The position numbers and the translations under genes are program-made. Of a stretch of 64,000 nucleotides of DNA, positions 34,588 through 45,035 are shown piece after piece. Within the stretch, counting starts at the first letter, position 1; every line of letters begins with the position of its first letter. Source of the stretch: Pseudanabaenaceae cyanobacterium (GTDB taxonomy: Bacteria; Cyanobacteriota; Cyanobacteriia; Pseudanabaenales; Pseudanabaenaceae); the NCBI GenBank assembly GCA_046295715.1, contig JBKBMU010000005.1, forward strand, positions 80,755 through 144,754. Direction: 5' to 3'. The notes beneath the pieces were generated by a model. That model had not been told where the DNA came from, made no database searches, and saw nothing but the letters and a program-made list of their open reading frames with translations.

Positions 34588-37319
34588 TTACAAGTTATCT
34601 TTGCGTTTTTGCAACCCAAACACTGCCGTCATCATTAGCCCAATTTGTAATAGCATCACCTGAATATAGTGCCCTAAGTTGATAGAAAATCCCTGCCCAT
34701 AGTCATCTTTAATTTGTTGAATTAAACCTTTGGCACTCCCGATCGCACTCTCTCGTTTTTCCTTCCAGCGACTGAAATTTTTACGCCAGTCTTCCATGCC
34801 CTGCTCCCACTTTTGCATATCTTGATTGAATTGTTCCACTTTATCTCGATATTCGTCCATAGCTCTGAGACCTTCAGTAGGGTCAGGCGGATAGCTGGGA
34901 GACTTGGGACGGGGTGGTTGTTGTGGTTCAGGTTCATCTACGGCAGGATGATATTTATCTTTGATGCTAGGAAAATTACATTGCTTAAATAGACTTACAC
35001 CTAAGCAAGTACATTCATTTGCTTTATTTTCAGTCAGTTGATCCCGCTCTGACTTGGGTAATTGCCAACAGCGATCGTTAGCCACATCATAACCCAATTT
35101 AGAGATGCTAATTAACGCTTCAAACGGCCATTTACTGAGGGTAATTTGATTGAACCACCGTCCTACCATTGGGAAACTGCTCACAGGTAAAACGCCCCCA
35201 CCAAAAGTAATCTGCGGCACTAAAAAGACGATCGCTAACAATGGTGCTACATTTTGATTAGGTGCCAAAGCTGACACTAACAAGCCTAAACTCATGCCTG
35301 CTAGACTACATAAAAATAAAACAACATAGTACAGAGGCAAATCTCCGGGTAGTTCAATCCCTACATATTTGAAAAACAACAAAGTTGCCGACTGGTAAGT
35401 AGCTAACTTCATGCAAAATACTAACTTGGATAATACATAGGGCATAATTTGTAAGCCGACTGCCCGCTCCCGTTTATAAATATCTGCTTCTTTAATAATC
35501 TCGCGCATCGTAGATAGACAGCCTGCAATAATCGCTACAATTACTAAATTAAATAGCATAGTAATAGCATGCCCCGCATTGCCAGTGGTTGCATCAAACA
35601 AATCTCTGCGCCATGTTACTAGGTCTAACACTCCTAAAATTGGGGTCAATATTAACACTAACACCGTACTAATTCGATCTCTAAATAATAGGAGAAAATT
35701 CCGCTCTAACAGGATCAAGAACTGGGACCACATGGGGTTGTATTTAGACTGATCCTTGCTTACTGATGATGACTGTGGAAACTGACTAGCAATTTGTCCT
35801 TTTCTATTTCTAAATTGTCGCTGGCGATCGACTACATATTTTTGATAGTAAGATGTGCGCTGATAACTTTCCTGCCATGCTTCAGGTGTTCTACTACTCT
35901 GTTCTACGAGGCGATAAATATCAGGAAAAGTCTCAATTTTACTGCCACCCACTTCACTAAAATAATGTAAAATTTCTTTAGTTGGCCCCCAGTAAGCAAT
36001 ATTCCCATTCTTCGCTAAAAATAAAACCATATCGGCAATCTTGGCGTTTTCCGTAGCATGGGTAATCAGTAAAACGGTTTTGCCACTATCAGCAATTTCT
36101 CGGAGAATTTGCATCACTTCTGCATCCGTAGCAGGATCGAGACCAGAAGTTGCTTCATCCAAAAAGAACAGATTGGGTTGGGTTAATAACTCCAAAGCGA
36201 TCGATACTCGTTTCTTTTGTCCACCACTCAAATTAGCGATCGTCGTGTGTTTTCGTTCACTCAATTTCAACTCTTTCAATACTTGGTCAATGCGCTTTTC
36301 CCGTTCTTGGGGAGTAGTATCAATTGGCATGCGCAACCTTGCGGAAAAACTTAATGCCTGATACACGGTTAATTCCACATGAACTATATCTTGCTGAGGT
36401 ACATAACCAATTTCATTGCGATAGGCATCATAACTTTTATATAAGTCTACACCATTGACTAACACTTGTCCTGAACTGGCAGGGCGGAAACCACTAAGGG
36501 CATCTATCAAAGTTGATTTACCACTACCACTTACCCCTGCAAGCACAACAAATTCTTTTGGTAATACTGACAGGGAAACATTATTCAATAAACGGCGTTT
36601 TCTTTTAGTATTGGCATCAGTTACCACCTGACAGAGATCGATCCCATCTAACTGTAATTTACCTGTTTCATTGATGGGCGTAAAACTAGCATTGGCATTG
36701 AGAACCAGAGTATAGGAAGCAATGCGTACTGAATCCCCTTGTTGAAGAATTTTTTGCCAGTGATCCGCTGACCATTGACAAAAGTGCCATTGCGCGATTG
36801 CAAATCATTCAGATAAATTTGATTGCCCGATCGCAACAATACTGCATGAAAACTAGATACGGCAGGATGGGGAATAACAATATCATTGTCTTCATGGCGA
36901 CCAATTGTTAAGCGAGATTTGTCGCCAAAATTAATAGTTAGCGTAGCAGTTATAACATTGACATCTTTGTATTCAACAGTTTCCGTAGGAATTACACAGG
37001 TAGGCACAGCAGAAGTAACTAAAAAATTCAATTCAAAAACATCAACTTTAATTTGGTCTTGATGGTGCAGTAAATGAGGTTGGTGGGGGATAAGTGGTTG
37101 TCCATTAACTGTCGTGCCGTTAGCACTACCTAAATCAGAGATGTAATATTTATCTCCTTGGCTTTGAATACAAGCATGACGGCGGGAAACTGTATTGCTG
37201 TTAATCTGAATTTGGCATTCCTTTGATCTGCCAATGTAAGTCGTTTGATCATTTATAGGAAATAGACTGACATCACCATTTTCTCTGACCAATTGTACGC
37301 TGGCTGGCATAACTTGCAT
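34588..37319 (-). pseudogene. tandem-FHA / ABC-ATPase / ABC-2 permease fusion transporter, interrupted by a 1-nt frameshift
   Basis: ORF 36648..37319 encodes two FHA domains. ORF 34588..36627 encodes the ABC ATPase (GVSGSGKST, LSGGQKKRVSIA, FFLDEATSGLD) and a 6-TM ABC-2 domain. The FHA reading continues in the frame of the downstream ORF as ..GKK|ILQQGDSVRIASYTLVLNANASFTPINETGKLQLDGIDLCQVVTDANTKRK. The shift lies in the A6 run (plus-strand T6 at 36750-36755). Confidence 0.8.
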
Positions 37320-37372
37320 ACACTATAGGCAAACTAGGGGAACTATAGCATAGGTTTTGCGTCTTCAATTTT

Positions 37373-37888
37373 ATGCTTAAAGATAAATTCAGTCTGATTG
37401 CTCTAGCCAGTGCCCTTGCTTTGACTCCTCTGCCTCTCAGGTCTGCAGAAAAGGTAGTGTTCCGTTGGACTGGCAGTATTATTCAACCGACTATCCCCAC
37501 CAGCGATCTGGTAGAACTGGCAGAAACAGGGCAAGCCTCCCGAGATCTCCAGTTTTACTTGGAACGGACTAAACAAAGCCCTGAAAATTTGCGCCTTGCT
37601 CTGACCACGCCTATTTCCATTCACGGTGTGCGCCTATCTCAGTTCTTGAATAGTCCCCTTGGGGAAATAATTTTGGATCAGTTGGGGGAAGTGATCCAAA
37701 CCTCGGCTAATGTGGCAAATCGTCAGGCACTGCGCGCCGCTTTGGTGCAATCTGCCTTGCCCGACAATCAATTGACTCTGCTGGAAGTCATCCAAAACTA
37801 CCCTAACGAAGGGGTATATCTCAATGGCGATCGCCTATCCCAAATTACCCAACAAATCCATACTCTAGCCCAGATTTTAGGCCTCTGA
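37373..37888 (+). CDS. DUF1400-family secreted protein
   Basis: 171 aa with a signal peptide. AEKVVFRWTGSIIQPTIPTSDLVELAETGQASRDLQFYL...SQFLNSPLGEIILDQLGEVIQT follows the cyanobacterial DUF1400 pattern. Confidence 0.6.
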   Translation: MLKDKFSLIALASALALTPLPLRSAEKVVFRWTGSIIQPTIPTSDLVELAETGQASRDLQFYLERTKQSPENLRLALTTPISIHGVRLSQFLNSPLGEIILDQLGEVIQTSANVANRQALRAALVQSALPDNQLTLLEVIQNYPNEGVYLNGDRLSQITQQIHTLAQILGL

Positions 37889-38021
37889 ACCGCCAAACTC
37901 TAGAGAGTAGAGCCTATAAACTTAGCTTACGAAATATAAATTTAAGTTGAAGCCCCTAGGCCATTCTGAAAAACTTTGCTAATTTGGAAAGGGGGAAGTT
38001 TGCTAGGATCGGGAGGTACTT

Positions 38022-38153
38022 ATGAATCTCAAAGCCCTATCTGCTCTGGGTTTGCTGGTAGCAGTACTGATGATGAATAAAGTAGCTCTCATTCTAGCGA
38101 TCGCCGTGGAAGTAATTGATAGTATTATTTATAGCCGCACGGCTGAAACCTAA
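38022..38153 (+). CDS. possible 43-aa single-TM peptide
   Basis: Own reading: GGGAGG lies 5 nt upstream of ATG 38022, and the product is MNLKALSALGLLVAVLMMNKVALILAIAVEVIDSIIYSRTAET. There is no homology support. Confidence 0.3.
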   Translation: MNLKALSALGLLVAVLMMNKVALILAIAVEVIDSIIYSRTAET

Positions 38154-38896
38154 CAAGCAAAAGGTCTAGTGGGCTGATACCAGTAGTTCTTTTCCCCAGT
38201 AACGCCAAAAGCCCGTTGTAAGTTCTCTAGCTGTAAGACTTGTTGAGGATGACCTACTGCAATTAGTTTCTGATTGAGGAGGATCAATTGATCGTAGTGA
38301 TGTAAGTTTTCTCCCCAGTGATGACAACTAATGAGAATGGTTTTGCCCGCTTGTTTCAATTCTTGGTAAATCTCCAATAACAACTGCTCTGTAGTTTTGT
38401 CTACTGCATTGAAAGGTTCATCCAACAGTAATAAATCTGATTCTTGGGCGAGAGCGCGCGCTAGAAACACCCGTTGTTGCTGTCCACCTGATAGTTGGTG
38501 GATCGGGCGATCGCGCAATGGCCACATCTGCACCCGCTCTAGGGCTGATTTAACCATTTGTAAAGTTGTGGGACTGTAATTGCGCCCCCAACCTGTAGTT
38601 ACAACCCTTGCTAGTTTGACCACACTGTGCACAGTGATCGGGAAGTCCCAGTCAATTTGCGATCGCTGGGGTACATAGGCAATCCGTTGCCGTTGGCGGG
38701 CGATCGGTTGCCCACTCAGCCTGACCCAGCCTTGATCCCAAGGCACTAGCTGTAGAATTGCCTTAAACAGAGTGCTTTTGCCCGCCCCATTGGGGCCGAT
38801 CAAGCCCACGATCTTCCCCCCATCCAACTGGAGCGAAATATTACTCAGAGCAGGAATGCCCCCATAGGTAACAGATAGATTAGCTACTTCTAACAT
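38150..38896 (-). CDS. metal (Zn/Mn-type) ABC transporter ATP-binding protein, orphan
   Basis: 248 aa with GLIGPNGAGKSTLFK, LSGGQQQRVFLARAL and LLLDEPFNAVD, resembling ZnuC/MntA. No permease or binding-protein gene is adjacent, and an IS remnant lies immediately upstream. Confidence 0.75.
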   Translation of the reverse strand: MLEVANLSVTYGGIPALSNISLQLDGGKIVGLIGPNGAGKSTLFKAILQLVPWDQGWVRLSGQPIARQRQRIAYVPQRSQIDWDFPITVHSVVKLARVVTTGWGRNYSPTTLQMVKSALERVQMWPLRDRPIHQLSGGQQQRVFLARALAQESDLLLLDEPFNAVDKTTEQLLLEIYQELKQAGKTILISCHHWGENLHHYDQLILLNQKLIAVGHPQQVLQLENLQRAFGVTGEKNYWYQPTRPFAC

Positions 38897-38955
38897 AGGA
38901 GACTGATAATGATTATCAAATTTACCAGATTTACAGCTCCTATTTCCTATTCAAT

Positions 38956-39075
38956 GCCAGTTCGGGTTAAGCAAAGTTCTACAAGGCTGCTTATCCTGCA
39001 ATCTGATTTGACCTTGACCATTGCATTCGCCACAGGTGCGAAATATTTTTCAATTGGTCAATAATTTATCCTTAA
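38956..39075 (-). repeat. IS982-family end remnant (terminal repeat plus deleted 3' coding scraps)
   Basis: GCCAGTTCGGGTTAAGCAAAGTTCT is present. In addition, ...cattgcattcgccacaggtgcgaaatatttttcaattggtcaataat aligns with 3044-3104 of the copy at 2961-3185. Confidence 0.65.
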
Positions 39076-39306
39076 ATTCATTAGACCTCACCCCCGCTCC
39101 CTCTGCCATCCAGGGAAAAGGCCAACAGTATTGCGTAGCATTTCCTGCCAGAATCAAACTTGTCGGTGGTTTTCTCGTTAAACAGAGGTCATACACTGCT
39201 TGAAGTTTTCACTTCCTAGTTGGATTTTCAGAAATTGGGCAAAATGGGTCATCAGTTCCCTTGCTAGTGGTATATACTAAAAAACTGTGTCTTTAGCAGC
39301 TAGACT

Positions 39307-39483
39307 ATGGCAGTTCCTAAGAAAAAGATGACCAAATCCAAGAGCAAGAAGCGGAATGCCGTGTGGAAACGCAAGGCGTTCTTTGCCGCCCAGAAAGCTC
39401 TATCCCTCGGTAAATCCATTCTCACTGGCAAAAATGAAGGCTTTATTTATCCCTTAGCCGAAGATGAAACTGCCGAAAGTTAG
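39307..39483 (+). CDS. rpmF: 50S ribosomal protein L32
   Basis: Own translation (58 aa, below the ORF-track cutoff): [58 protein letters not shown]. The MAVPKKK..KS.....R start is diagnostic. Confidence 0.9.
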   Translation: MAVPKKKMTKSKSKKRNAVWKRKAFFAAQKALSLGKSILTGKNEGFIYPLAEDETAES

Positions 39484-39822
39484 GCTTTTGTACCTCCAAT
39501 GGTCGCAAGGTCTAGCATGCTACGCAGTAAAAATCTCGTGGATATCTGCCAACAGTTCACGCCTGAGTTTGGGGGATAAGCGGGGCAACTTCCTGCCTAC
39601 CACTATTGTCCTGCAGTGGTTGATTTTCGGATGGGAAATATGGGCTCATTTCTAAGGAGATACTCCGTCTGTCAGTTGGCAAAGCTGACATTGTTCTCTA
39701 TTCTTAGGTAATAATTTATGAATTTCAGGTTCTTTGGTGCGATCCCAGGGCTAATCGCCCCAGTGGGCGAAAGGTCATGGCAATACCGTAAAATATAACT
39801 AAATTGTTACTGAACTGAGCCT

Positions 39823-40503
39823 ATGACTCCAGCTATAGATTTCCATGCCCCTGAGTATTTATCTGCCTACAGTCGGATTAATGCAATCGTGATTGAAGGC
39901 GAGCAGCAAGCCTATGATAATTATATGCAACTCGGGGAACTCCTGCCTGAGTGCCAAGCAGAATTTACTAAACTAGCCAAAATGGAAGAACGGCACAAAA
40001 AGGGATTTACTGCTTGTGGTAAGAATTTGCATGTAATTCCTGATATGGGATTTGCCAAGGAGTTCTTTGGGGAACTCCATGGGAACTTCCAAAAGGCAGT
40101 ACAGGCAGGTGATGTAATTACTTGTCTATTGATTCAATCCCTCTTAATTGAGTGCTTTGCGATCGCTGCCTACAACATCTACATTCCTGTGGCTGATCCC
40201 TTTGCGCGCAAGATTACTGAGGGTGTGGTCAAAGATGAGTATCTCCACTTAAATTATGGCGAAGCATGGCTACAGGCAAATTTTGCCACCGCTAAAGCTC
40301 AACTAGAGCGCGCCAATCGCCAGAATCTACCTCTAGTGTGGAAGATGCTCAATCAAGTAGAAGCGGATGCACGGACTTTGGGGATGGAAAAAGAAGCCCT
40401 AATTGAAGATTTTCTGATTCAATATGGGGAGAGTCTTGGTAAAATTGGTTTCAATACCCGTGAGATCATGAAATTGTCAGCAATGGGACTAGTGCCTGCG
40501 TAG
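39823..40503 (+). CDS. ado: aldehyde-deformylating oxygenase (alkane biosynthesis)
   Basis: 226 aa. [77 protein letters not shown] are the di-iron EX(28-29)EXXH motifs of ADO. Confidence 0.93.
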   Translation: MTPAIDFHAPEYLSAYSRINAIVIEGEQQAYDNYMQLGELLPECQAEFTKLAKMEERHKKGFTACGKNLHVIPDMGFAKEFFGELHGNFQKAVQAGDVITCLLIQSLLIECFAIAAYNIYIPVADPFARKITEGVVKDEYLHLNYGEAWLQANFATAKAQLERANRQNLPLVWKMLNQVEADARTLGMEKEALIEDFLIQYGESLGKIGFNTREIMKLSAMGLVPA

Positions 40504-40505
40504 TT

Positions 40506-41525
40506 ATGTTTGGTCTAATTGGGCATCTCACCAGTCTCAGCCATGCCAAAGCAGTAGCGAAACGCCTCGGCTATGATGAGTATGCCGATCAGGGCTTAGA
40601 GTTCTGGTGTAGTGCCCCTCCCCAAACGGTGGATGAAATCAAGGTAGTGAGTGCTACAGGGCAGGTGATTAGGGGGGTGTATGTGGAGTCCTGTTTCCTG
40701 CCTGAGATGCTAGCAGGGAATCGCATCAAGACGGCGATCCGCAAGGTATTGAATGCGATGGCACACGCCCAAAAACAGGGGATCCATATTACGGCGTTGG
40801 GGGGCTTCTCTTCTATCATTTTTGAGAACTTCAATTTAGGGCAGATTCCCCAGGTGCGGAATATTCAATTAGACATCAAACGCTTCACCACAGGCAATAC
40901 TCACACTGCTTATATCATCTGCCGCCAATTAGTAGAAGCCAGTAAAAAATTTGGGATCGATTTACAGCGAGCGATCGTTACTGTGTGCGGTGCATCAGGA
41001 GACATCGGCAGTGCCGTATGTAGGTGGCTGACTGCCTACACACCACTCAAAGAATTACTTCTAGTGGCAAGAAATCAAGAGCGTCTGCAGGAAATTCAGC
41101 AGGAACTCAAACAAGGCAAAGTTACCTCCATTGAAGCGGCTCTGCCTCAATCAGATATTGTGGTGTGGGTAGCGAGTATGCCCAAAGGTATGGAAATAGA
41201 TGTCAATCAATTGAAACGCCCCTGTTTGCTGATTGATGGTGGTTATCCCAAAAATATGGCAAATCAAATCAGCGCTGAAGGAGTCTATGTACTCAACGGC
41301 GGCATTGTAGAACATTGTCTAGATATTGATTGGAAGATTATGGATATTGTAAACATGGCACTGCCTGCCCGCCATCTCTTTGCCTGTTTTGCTGAGTCAA
41401 TGCTCTTAGAATTTGAAGGCTGGTACACCAATTTCTCTTGGGGCAGAAATCAAATTACCCCAGCTAAAATGGAACAGATCGGCGCGATCTCTCGCAAACA
41501 TGGCTTCACTCCATTGATTGATTAA
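40506..41525 (+). CDS. aar: acyl-ACP reductase (long-chain fatty aldehyde forming)
   Basis: 339 aa. It begins [18 protein letters not shown], carries the Rossmann segment [12 protein letters not shown], and lies immediately downstream of ado as in the canonical operon. Confidence 0.92.
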   Translation: MFGLIGHLTSLSHAKAVAKRLGYDEYADQGLEFWCSAPPQTVDEIKVVSATGQVIRGVYVESCFLPEMLAGNRIKTAIRKVLNAMAHAQKQGIHITALGGFSSIIFENFNLGQIPQVRNIQLDIKRFTTGNTHTAYIICRQLVEASKKFGIDLQRAIVTVCGASGDIGSAVCRWLTAYTPLKELLLVARNQERLQEIQQELKQGKVTSIEAALPQSDIVVWVASMPKGMEIDVNQLKRPCLLIDGGYPKNMANQISAEGVYVLNGGIVEHCLDIDWKIMDIVNMALPARHLFACFAESMLLEFEGWYTNFSWGRNQITPAKMEQIGAISRKHGFTPLID

Positions 41526-41631
41526 CTATATCAATACTCAAAGACTTTAGGACATTAACCCCAGCCCCTGTGCTTCCTTGCGATCCCTTCCCTTAAGCTT
41601 GTCTCAACAGTATTGCGTAGTGCTATGCATT

Positions 41632-41705
41632 CCGCTTGAGAAATGGATAGTTTTATTATAACCATAAATAATTTTGGATAATTTATAGATTACTGCTGCA
41701 AACCC
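41632..41705 (-). repeat. solo remnant of the IS607-family left end (terminus + first ~8 tnpA codons)
   Basis: ccgcttgagaaatGgatagtttt..ttataAccataaa..ttttggataatttatagattactgctGcaaaccc aligns with 59098-59199, allowing about 27 nt of internal deletions. Homology stops at the same ...CAAACCC terminus. Confidence 0.7.
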
Positions 41706-41706
41706 T

Positions 41707-43479
41707 CTAACCGATTGCCATTTTCTTAAAACTGGGCGATTGCTCTAGTAGTTCTTGGTAAGTACCTTGGTGAATCACCTGTCCCTGATGGAACTCATAG
41801 ATCAAATCGCATTTTTCAATTGTGCTGAGGCGGTGGGCGATCATGATAATGGTCAAATTATGACTGAGGCTTTTGATAGCTTTCATAACTTCCCGTTCAG
41901 TGGTGTTATCTAAGGCACTGGTTGCCTCATCAAATACCAATACCTGTGCCTGCCGATAGAGGGCGCGGGCAATGCCCAATCGCTGTCTTTGTCCGCCTGA
42001 AAGGCGCACGCCCCGTTCGCCTACATGGGTGGCATAGCCCTGCTCCAAGCTAAGAATAAATTCTTCTAACTGAGCTAGGCGCGCCGCCATCTGCGCCCGC
42101 TCATAATCGATCTCGGCAGGATCGATCCCCAAGGCGATATTTTCCAAAATGGTGGTATCAGCAATAAAAATGGCTTGGGGCACATGGGCAATAGTCTGTT
42201 GCCATGCTCTTAGTCTTTCTCCCGCTAGGGGCTGTCCATCCACTAGGACCCTGCCTTTTTCTGGCGTAAGCAAACCTAAGATCAAATCAGCCGTAGTGCT
42301 CTTGCCACTGCCCGTAGTGCCCACAAAACCAATAGCCGTGCGGGCAGGAATCCGCAGGGATAAATCCTTCAACACCCAGCGATCGTCGGGATTGTAGCGG
42401 AACCAGACCTGGTCTAGAACCAAGGCTTCCCTAAAGTGAAAAGGCTCTTTGACTGTGAGGGCTTGCAGGGGATCAATGGGTCGTTGTAGTGCAGTAATCA
42501 CTACTTGCATCTGTTCTTGATAAGCTTGAACGATCCCTAGACAGGAGAAAATTTGCTGAAATGCAGGCAGTAAACGGTTAGCGGCAATGGCAAAACTGCC
42601 CAGTACAGGTATGCCTCTCTGCCCGATCGTCAGTGCCAACAGGGAAATAGAAGTAATGGCTACCGCTTCTAGGAAGTAGCGGGGAGTTAAAAAAATGGTT
42701 TGGTTTTCGGTTTGAGCTTGATTGTAGCTGTTAGTTAAGCTAGTGTAGATGCGACTAAAATACCCCTGTTGTCCGCCTAACAATATATCTTTAATATTAC
42801 CCAAACTCTCCATGGTCAGTTGGTTGATCGCTTGTTCAGTTTCGGTCAAAATGACACTATTTCTAGTTAGTTTATACTTGCGCCATTGGTACAGTAAGCC
42901 GTAGGTGCTAGCTAAAACCAAACCAGCAATTACTGCTACTTGTCCATCGATTAACAAGAGCCCAATCATCAAAAATAAAACTATAAAACTATTAGAAATA
43001 ATTAAGAGGATAGGTATAGAAAAATTAGCGGCTAAGTTCTTTGCCCAGAGCAGTGATTGAACGATCTCACTAGTATGATGTTGATTATAGAATAAGTAAG
43101 GCTGTGCCATAATTTTGGTGTACATCTGTTGGGATAAATCACAGGAAATTTTACTAGTTAGTATATTCTGCATACAGATACTGGTAATTCTTAAGAGGTT
43201 AGTAATAACAGTTACTCCAATGAAACCAATAATCACAACTACTAACAATTGGTCAGGGGCAGTGATCCCCGTTAGCTTTAGGAAAAGTTGCATTTTCGGG
43301 TGATTGAACAGCCTGTCTAGGTTGGTCAATGCCATCAGAAAGGGGACGCTCGATGCCACACCACAGACTTCACAAATACCGACCAGAATCATCAATCCCA
43401 AAAGCCAGCCTAGCTGGTGCTGGTGACGACTACCCAAAAAACTAAACAGCGAGCCAATGGTTTGCCACAAGGTCATCAC
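41707..43479 (-). CDS. ABC exporter, fused permease/ATPase (MsbA-like type I)
   Basis: 590 aa with six N-terminal TM helices followed by GTTGSGKST, LSGGQRQRLGIARAL and LVFDEATSALD. Confidence 0.85.
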   Translation of the reverse strand: MMTLWQTIGSLFSFLGSRHQHQLGWLLGLMILVGICEVCGVASSVPFLMALTNLDRLFNHPKMQLFLKLTGITAPDQLLVVVIIGFIGVTVITNLLRITSICMQNILTSKISCDLSQQMYTKIMAQPYLFYNQHHTSEIVQSLLWAKNLAANFSIPILLIISNSFIVLFLMIGLLLIDGQVAVIAGLVLASTYGLLYQWRKYKLTRNSVILTETEQAINQLTMESLGNIKDILLGGQQGYFSRIYTSLTNSYNQAQTENQTIFLTPRYFLEAVAITSISLLALTIGQRGIPVLGSFAIAANRLLPAFQQIFSCLGIVQAYQEQMQVVITALQRPIDPLQALTVKEPFHFREALVLDQVWFRYNPDDRWVLKDLSLRIPARTAIGFVGTTGSGKSTTADLILGLLTPEKGRVLVDGQPLAGERLRAWQQTIAHVPQAIFIADTTILENIALGIDPAEIDYERAQMAARLAQLEEFILSLEQGYATHVGERGVRLSGGQRQRLGIARALYRQAQVLVFDEATSALDNTTEREVMKAIKSLSHNLTIIMIAHRLSTIEKCDLIYEFHQGQVIHQGTYQELLEQSPSFKKMAIG

Positions 43480-43584
43480 AAAATGCTAGGTCTGAAACCC
43501 CACCCTTGAGGGCGGCTGTACAACTAGAATCCTACCATAGAGGCTTACTCCTAGCATGGCAACCAAGGAAAACAAAACCTCCTC

Positions 43585-43650
43585 TTGCCAACCAAAAAGC
43601 TTTCTATACAGGGCAAGGCCTAGAGAATTTTGCTTAACCCGGACTGGCGT
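43585..43650 (+). repeat. solo IS982-family terminal repeat (inverted relative to the copies at 2961 and 38956)
   Basis: The reverse complement reads acGCCAGTCCGGGTTAAGCAAAattctctaggccttgccctgtatagaaagcttttt, which aligns with 2960-3025. Confidence 0.65.
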
Positions 43651-43660
43651 TAGATTAAAA

Positions 43661-44317
43661 TCAACTCAATTCACTGGCAGTGGCGACCAGCGGCGGTCGG
43701 ATGCAGAGATAGATCAAGACTCCCACCAAAGGAAAAGCAGAAACCAGCGTGAATACATTGTCCCGATCGCCCCAGCCTCTGCGGCTTAGATCATCTTTCA
43801 ACAGCCAAGGCACAAGGGCACAGAGTAAACAAAAATCAAGGCTCATGACATGAATGAATCTATTAGTTTTCCATTGCAGGAGAAAATCCTGCCAATCACC
43901 AAAGCGCAGACCATAGACCATTAGAAAGATCCCCGCTACTGCAATCACAAAGCCTGTAATTCTGGAGTCGAGAATTTTCACTGCCCAGCTCTTTTCACCT
44001 ACAAATTGAGGGTTCTCTTCTCTGAGAGCTAAATAGGGGAGTAGGGCAAACGCACCCACAAAGAATGAAGCAACCACAAACAACCACGCAGGGATTTTCT
44101 GCCCTTTGCCATCGCTGACTAGGACGCAGGCATAAGCACAGGGCAACACTCCCATCAAATTAAACAGAGCTACGATCGCTGGGTTGATCCCTGCTACATC
44201 TCCCTGCACTAGCTTCGTAATTAACTCCAAAGTATTGGGAGTATCGGGGGGAGCAAACCCAAAAGCATAAGTAATAAACAAAGCCCATACTAGCCAAAAC
44301 CCAACTTTGATCTCCAT
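43661..44317 (-). CDS. polytopic membrane protein (about 6 TM), hypothetical
   Basis: 218-aa hydrophobic ORF. It is the last gene of a tightly packed 3-gene minus-strand operon. Confidence 0.55.
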   Translation of the reverse strand: MEIKVGFWLVWALFITYAFGFAPPDTPNTLELITKLVQGDVAGINPAIVALFNLMGVLPCAYACVLVSDGKGQKIPAWLFVVASFFVGAFALLPYLALREENPQFVGEKSWAVKILDSRITGFVIAVAGIFLMVYGLRFGDWQDFLLQWKTNRFIHVMSLDFCLLCALVPWLLKDDLSRRGWGDRDNVFTLVSAFPLVGVLIYLCIRPPLVATASELS

Positions 44318-44321
44318 GGCC

Positions 44322-45035
44322 CTATCTCCGCCCTGTAGCTATTTTAGCCAGAGTTGCCCCCGTAATTGCCCCATAGATGGGCAAAAACACTGCAAACGCT
44401 AGCCACAGTGCCAGCAAGCCACCTGTACCCCTCAGGATTAACAACATGGCGATCGCAGTAATGATTACCAGCCCGCCATGCAAAACCACCCACCACAGGG
44501 AATGGGGCAAATCCCTTAGCATCAACAGCCATTGCAGACCAGCCAGCACTAGCCCCGCCAGCAGCACACCCCCCAGCCCCTGCAAAAACACTCCCCAATA
44601 TTCGGCAATATTGAGCTTGACCCTGCCCCCTTCTTCCACCTCGACTAGGCCACTGATCGGGGTGTGGGCAAATTCACTCAGGCTAAGAACCAACAGCACC
44701 CAGCCCAAACAAGACACCACTAACCACCACCACGATCGCCTGATCAACCGTCGCATCAATAGTCTTTGTAAGAGCAATATAGATAAAGCTATGGGTAGTG
44801 CCCCCATCCCTAGGGCACTGCGCAAAATACAGCCCAAGTTGCCCGATCCCCCCTGACACAGCCCCACACTGACTGTCCAATTGCCAACAAAGTATAGACC
44901 GATATAACCCGCAGGCACAGCCAAGACACTGCCGATCCCAAAGCCAACCACGATCGCCAAAAACCAACGCCACCAGATACCGACCGCAGTCAAAGGTTTC
45001 GGGACTTGGGTATTGGGTAATTGAGTTTCAGTCAT
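44322..45035 (-). CDS. polytopic membrane protein (6-7 TM), hypothetical
   Basis: 237-aa hydrophobic ORF whose start overlaps the upstream stop by 4 nt. Confidence 0.55.
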   Translation of the reverse strand: MTETQLPNTQVPKPLTAVGIWWRWFLAIVVGFGIGSVLAVPAGYIGLYFVGNWTVSVGLCQGGSGNLGCILRSALGMGALPIALSILLLQRLLMRRLIRRSWWWLVVSCLGWVLLVLSLSEFAHTPISGLVEVEEGGRVKLNIAEYWGVFLQGLGGVLLAGLVLAGLQWLLMLRDLPHSLWWVVLHGGLVIITAIAMLLILRGTGGLLALWLAFAVFLPIYGAITGATLAKIATGRR

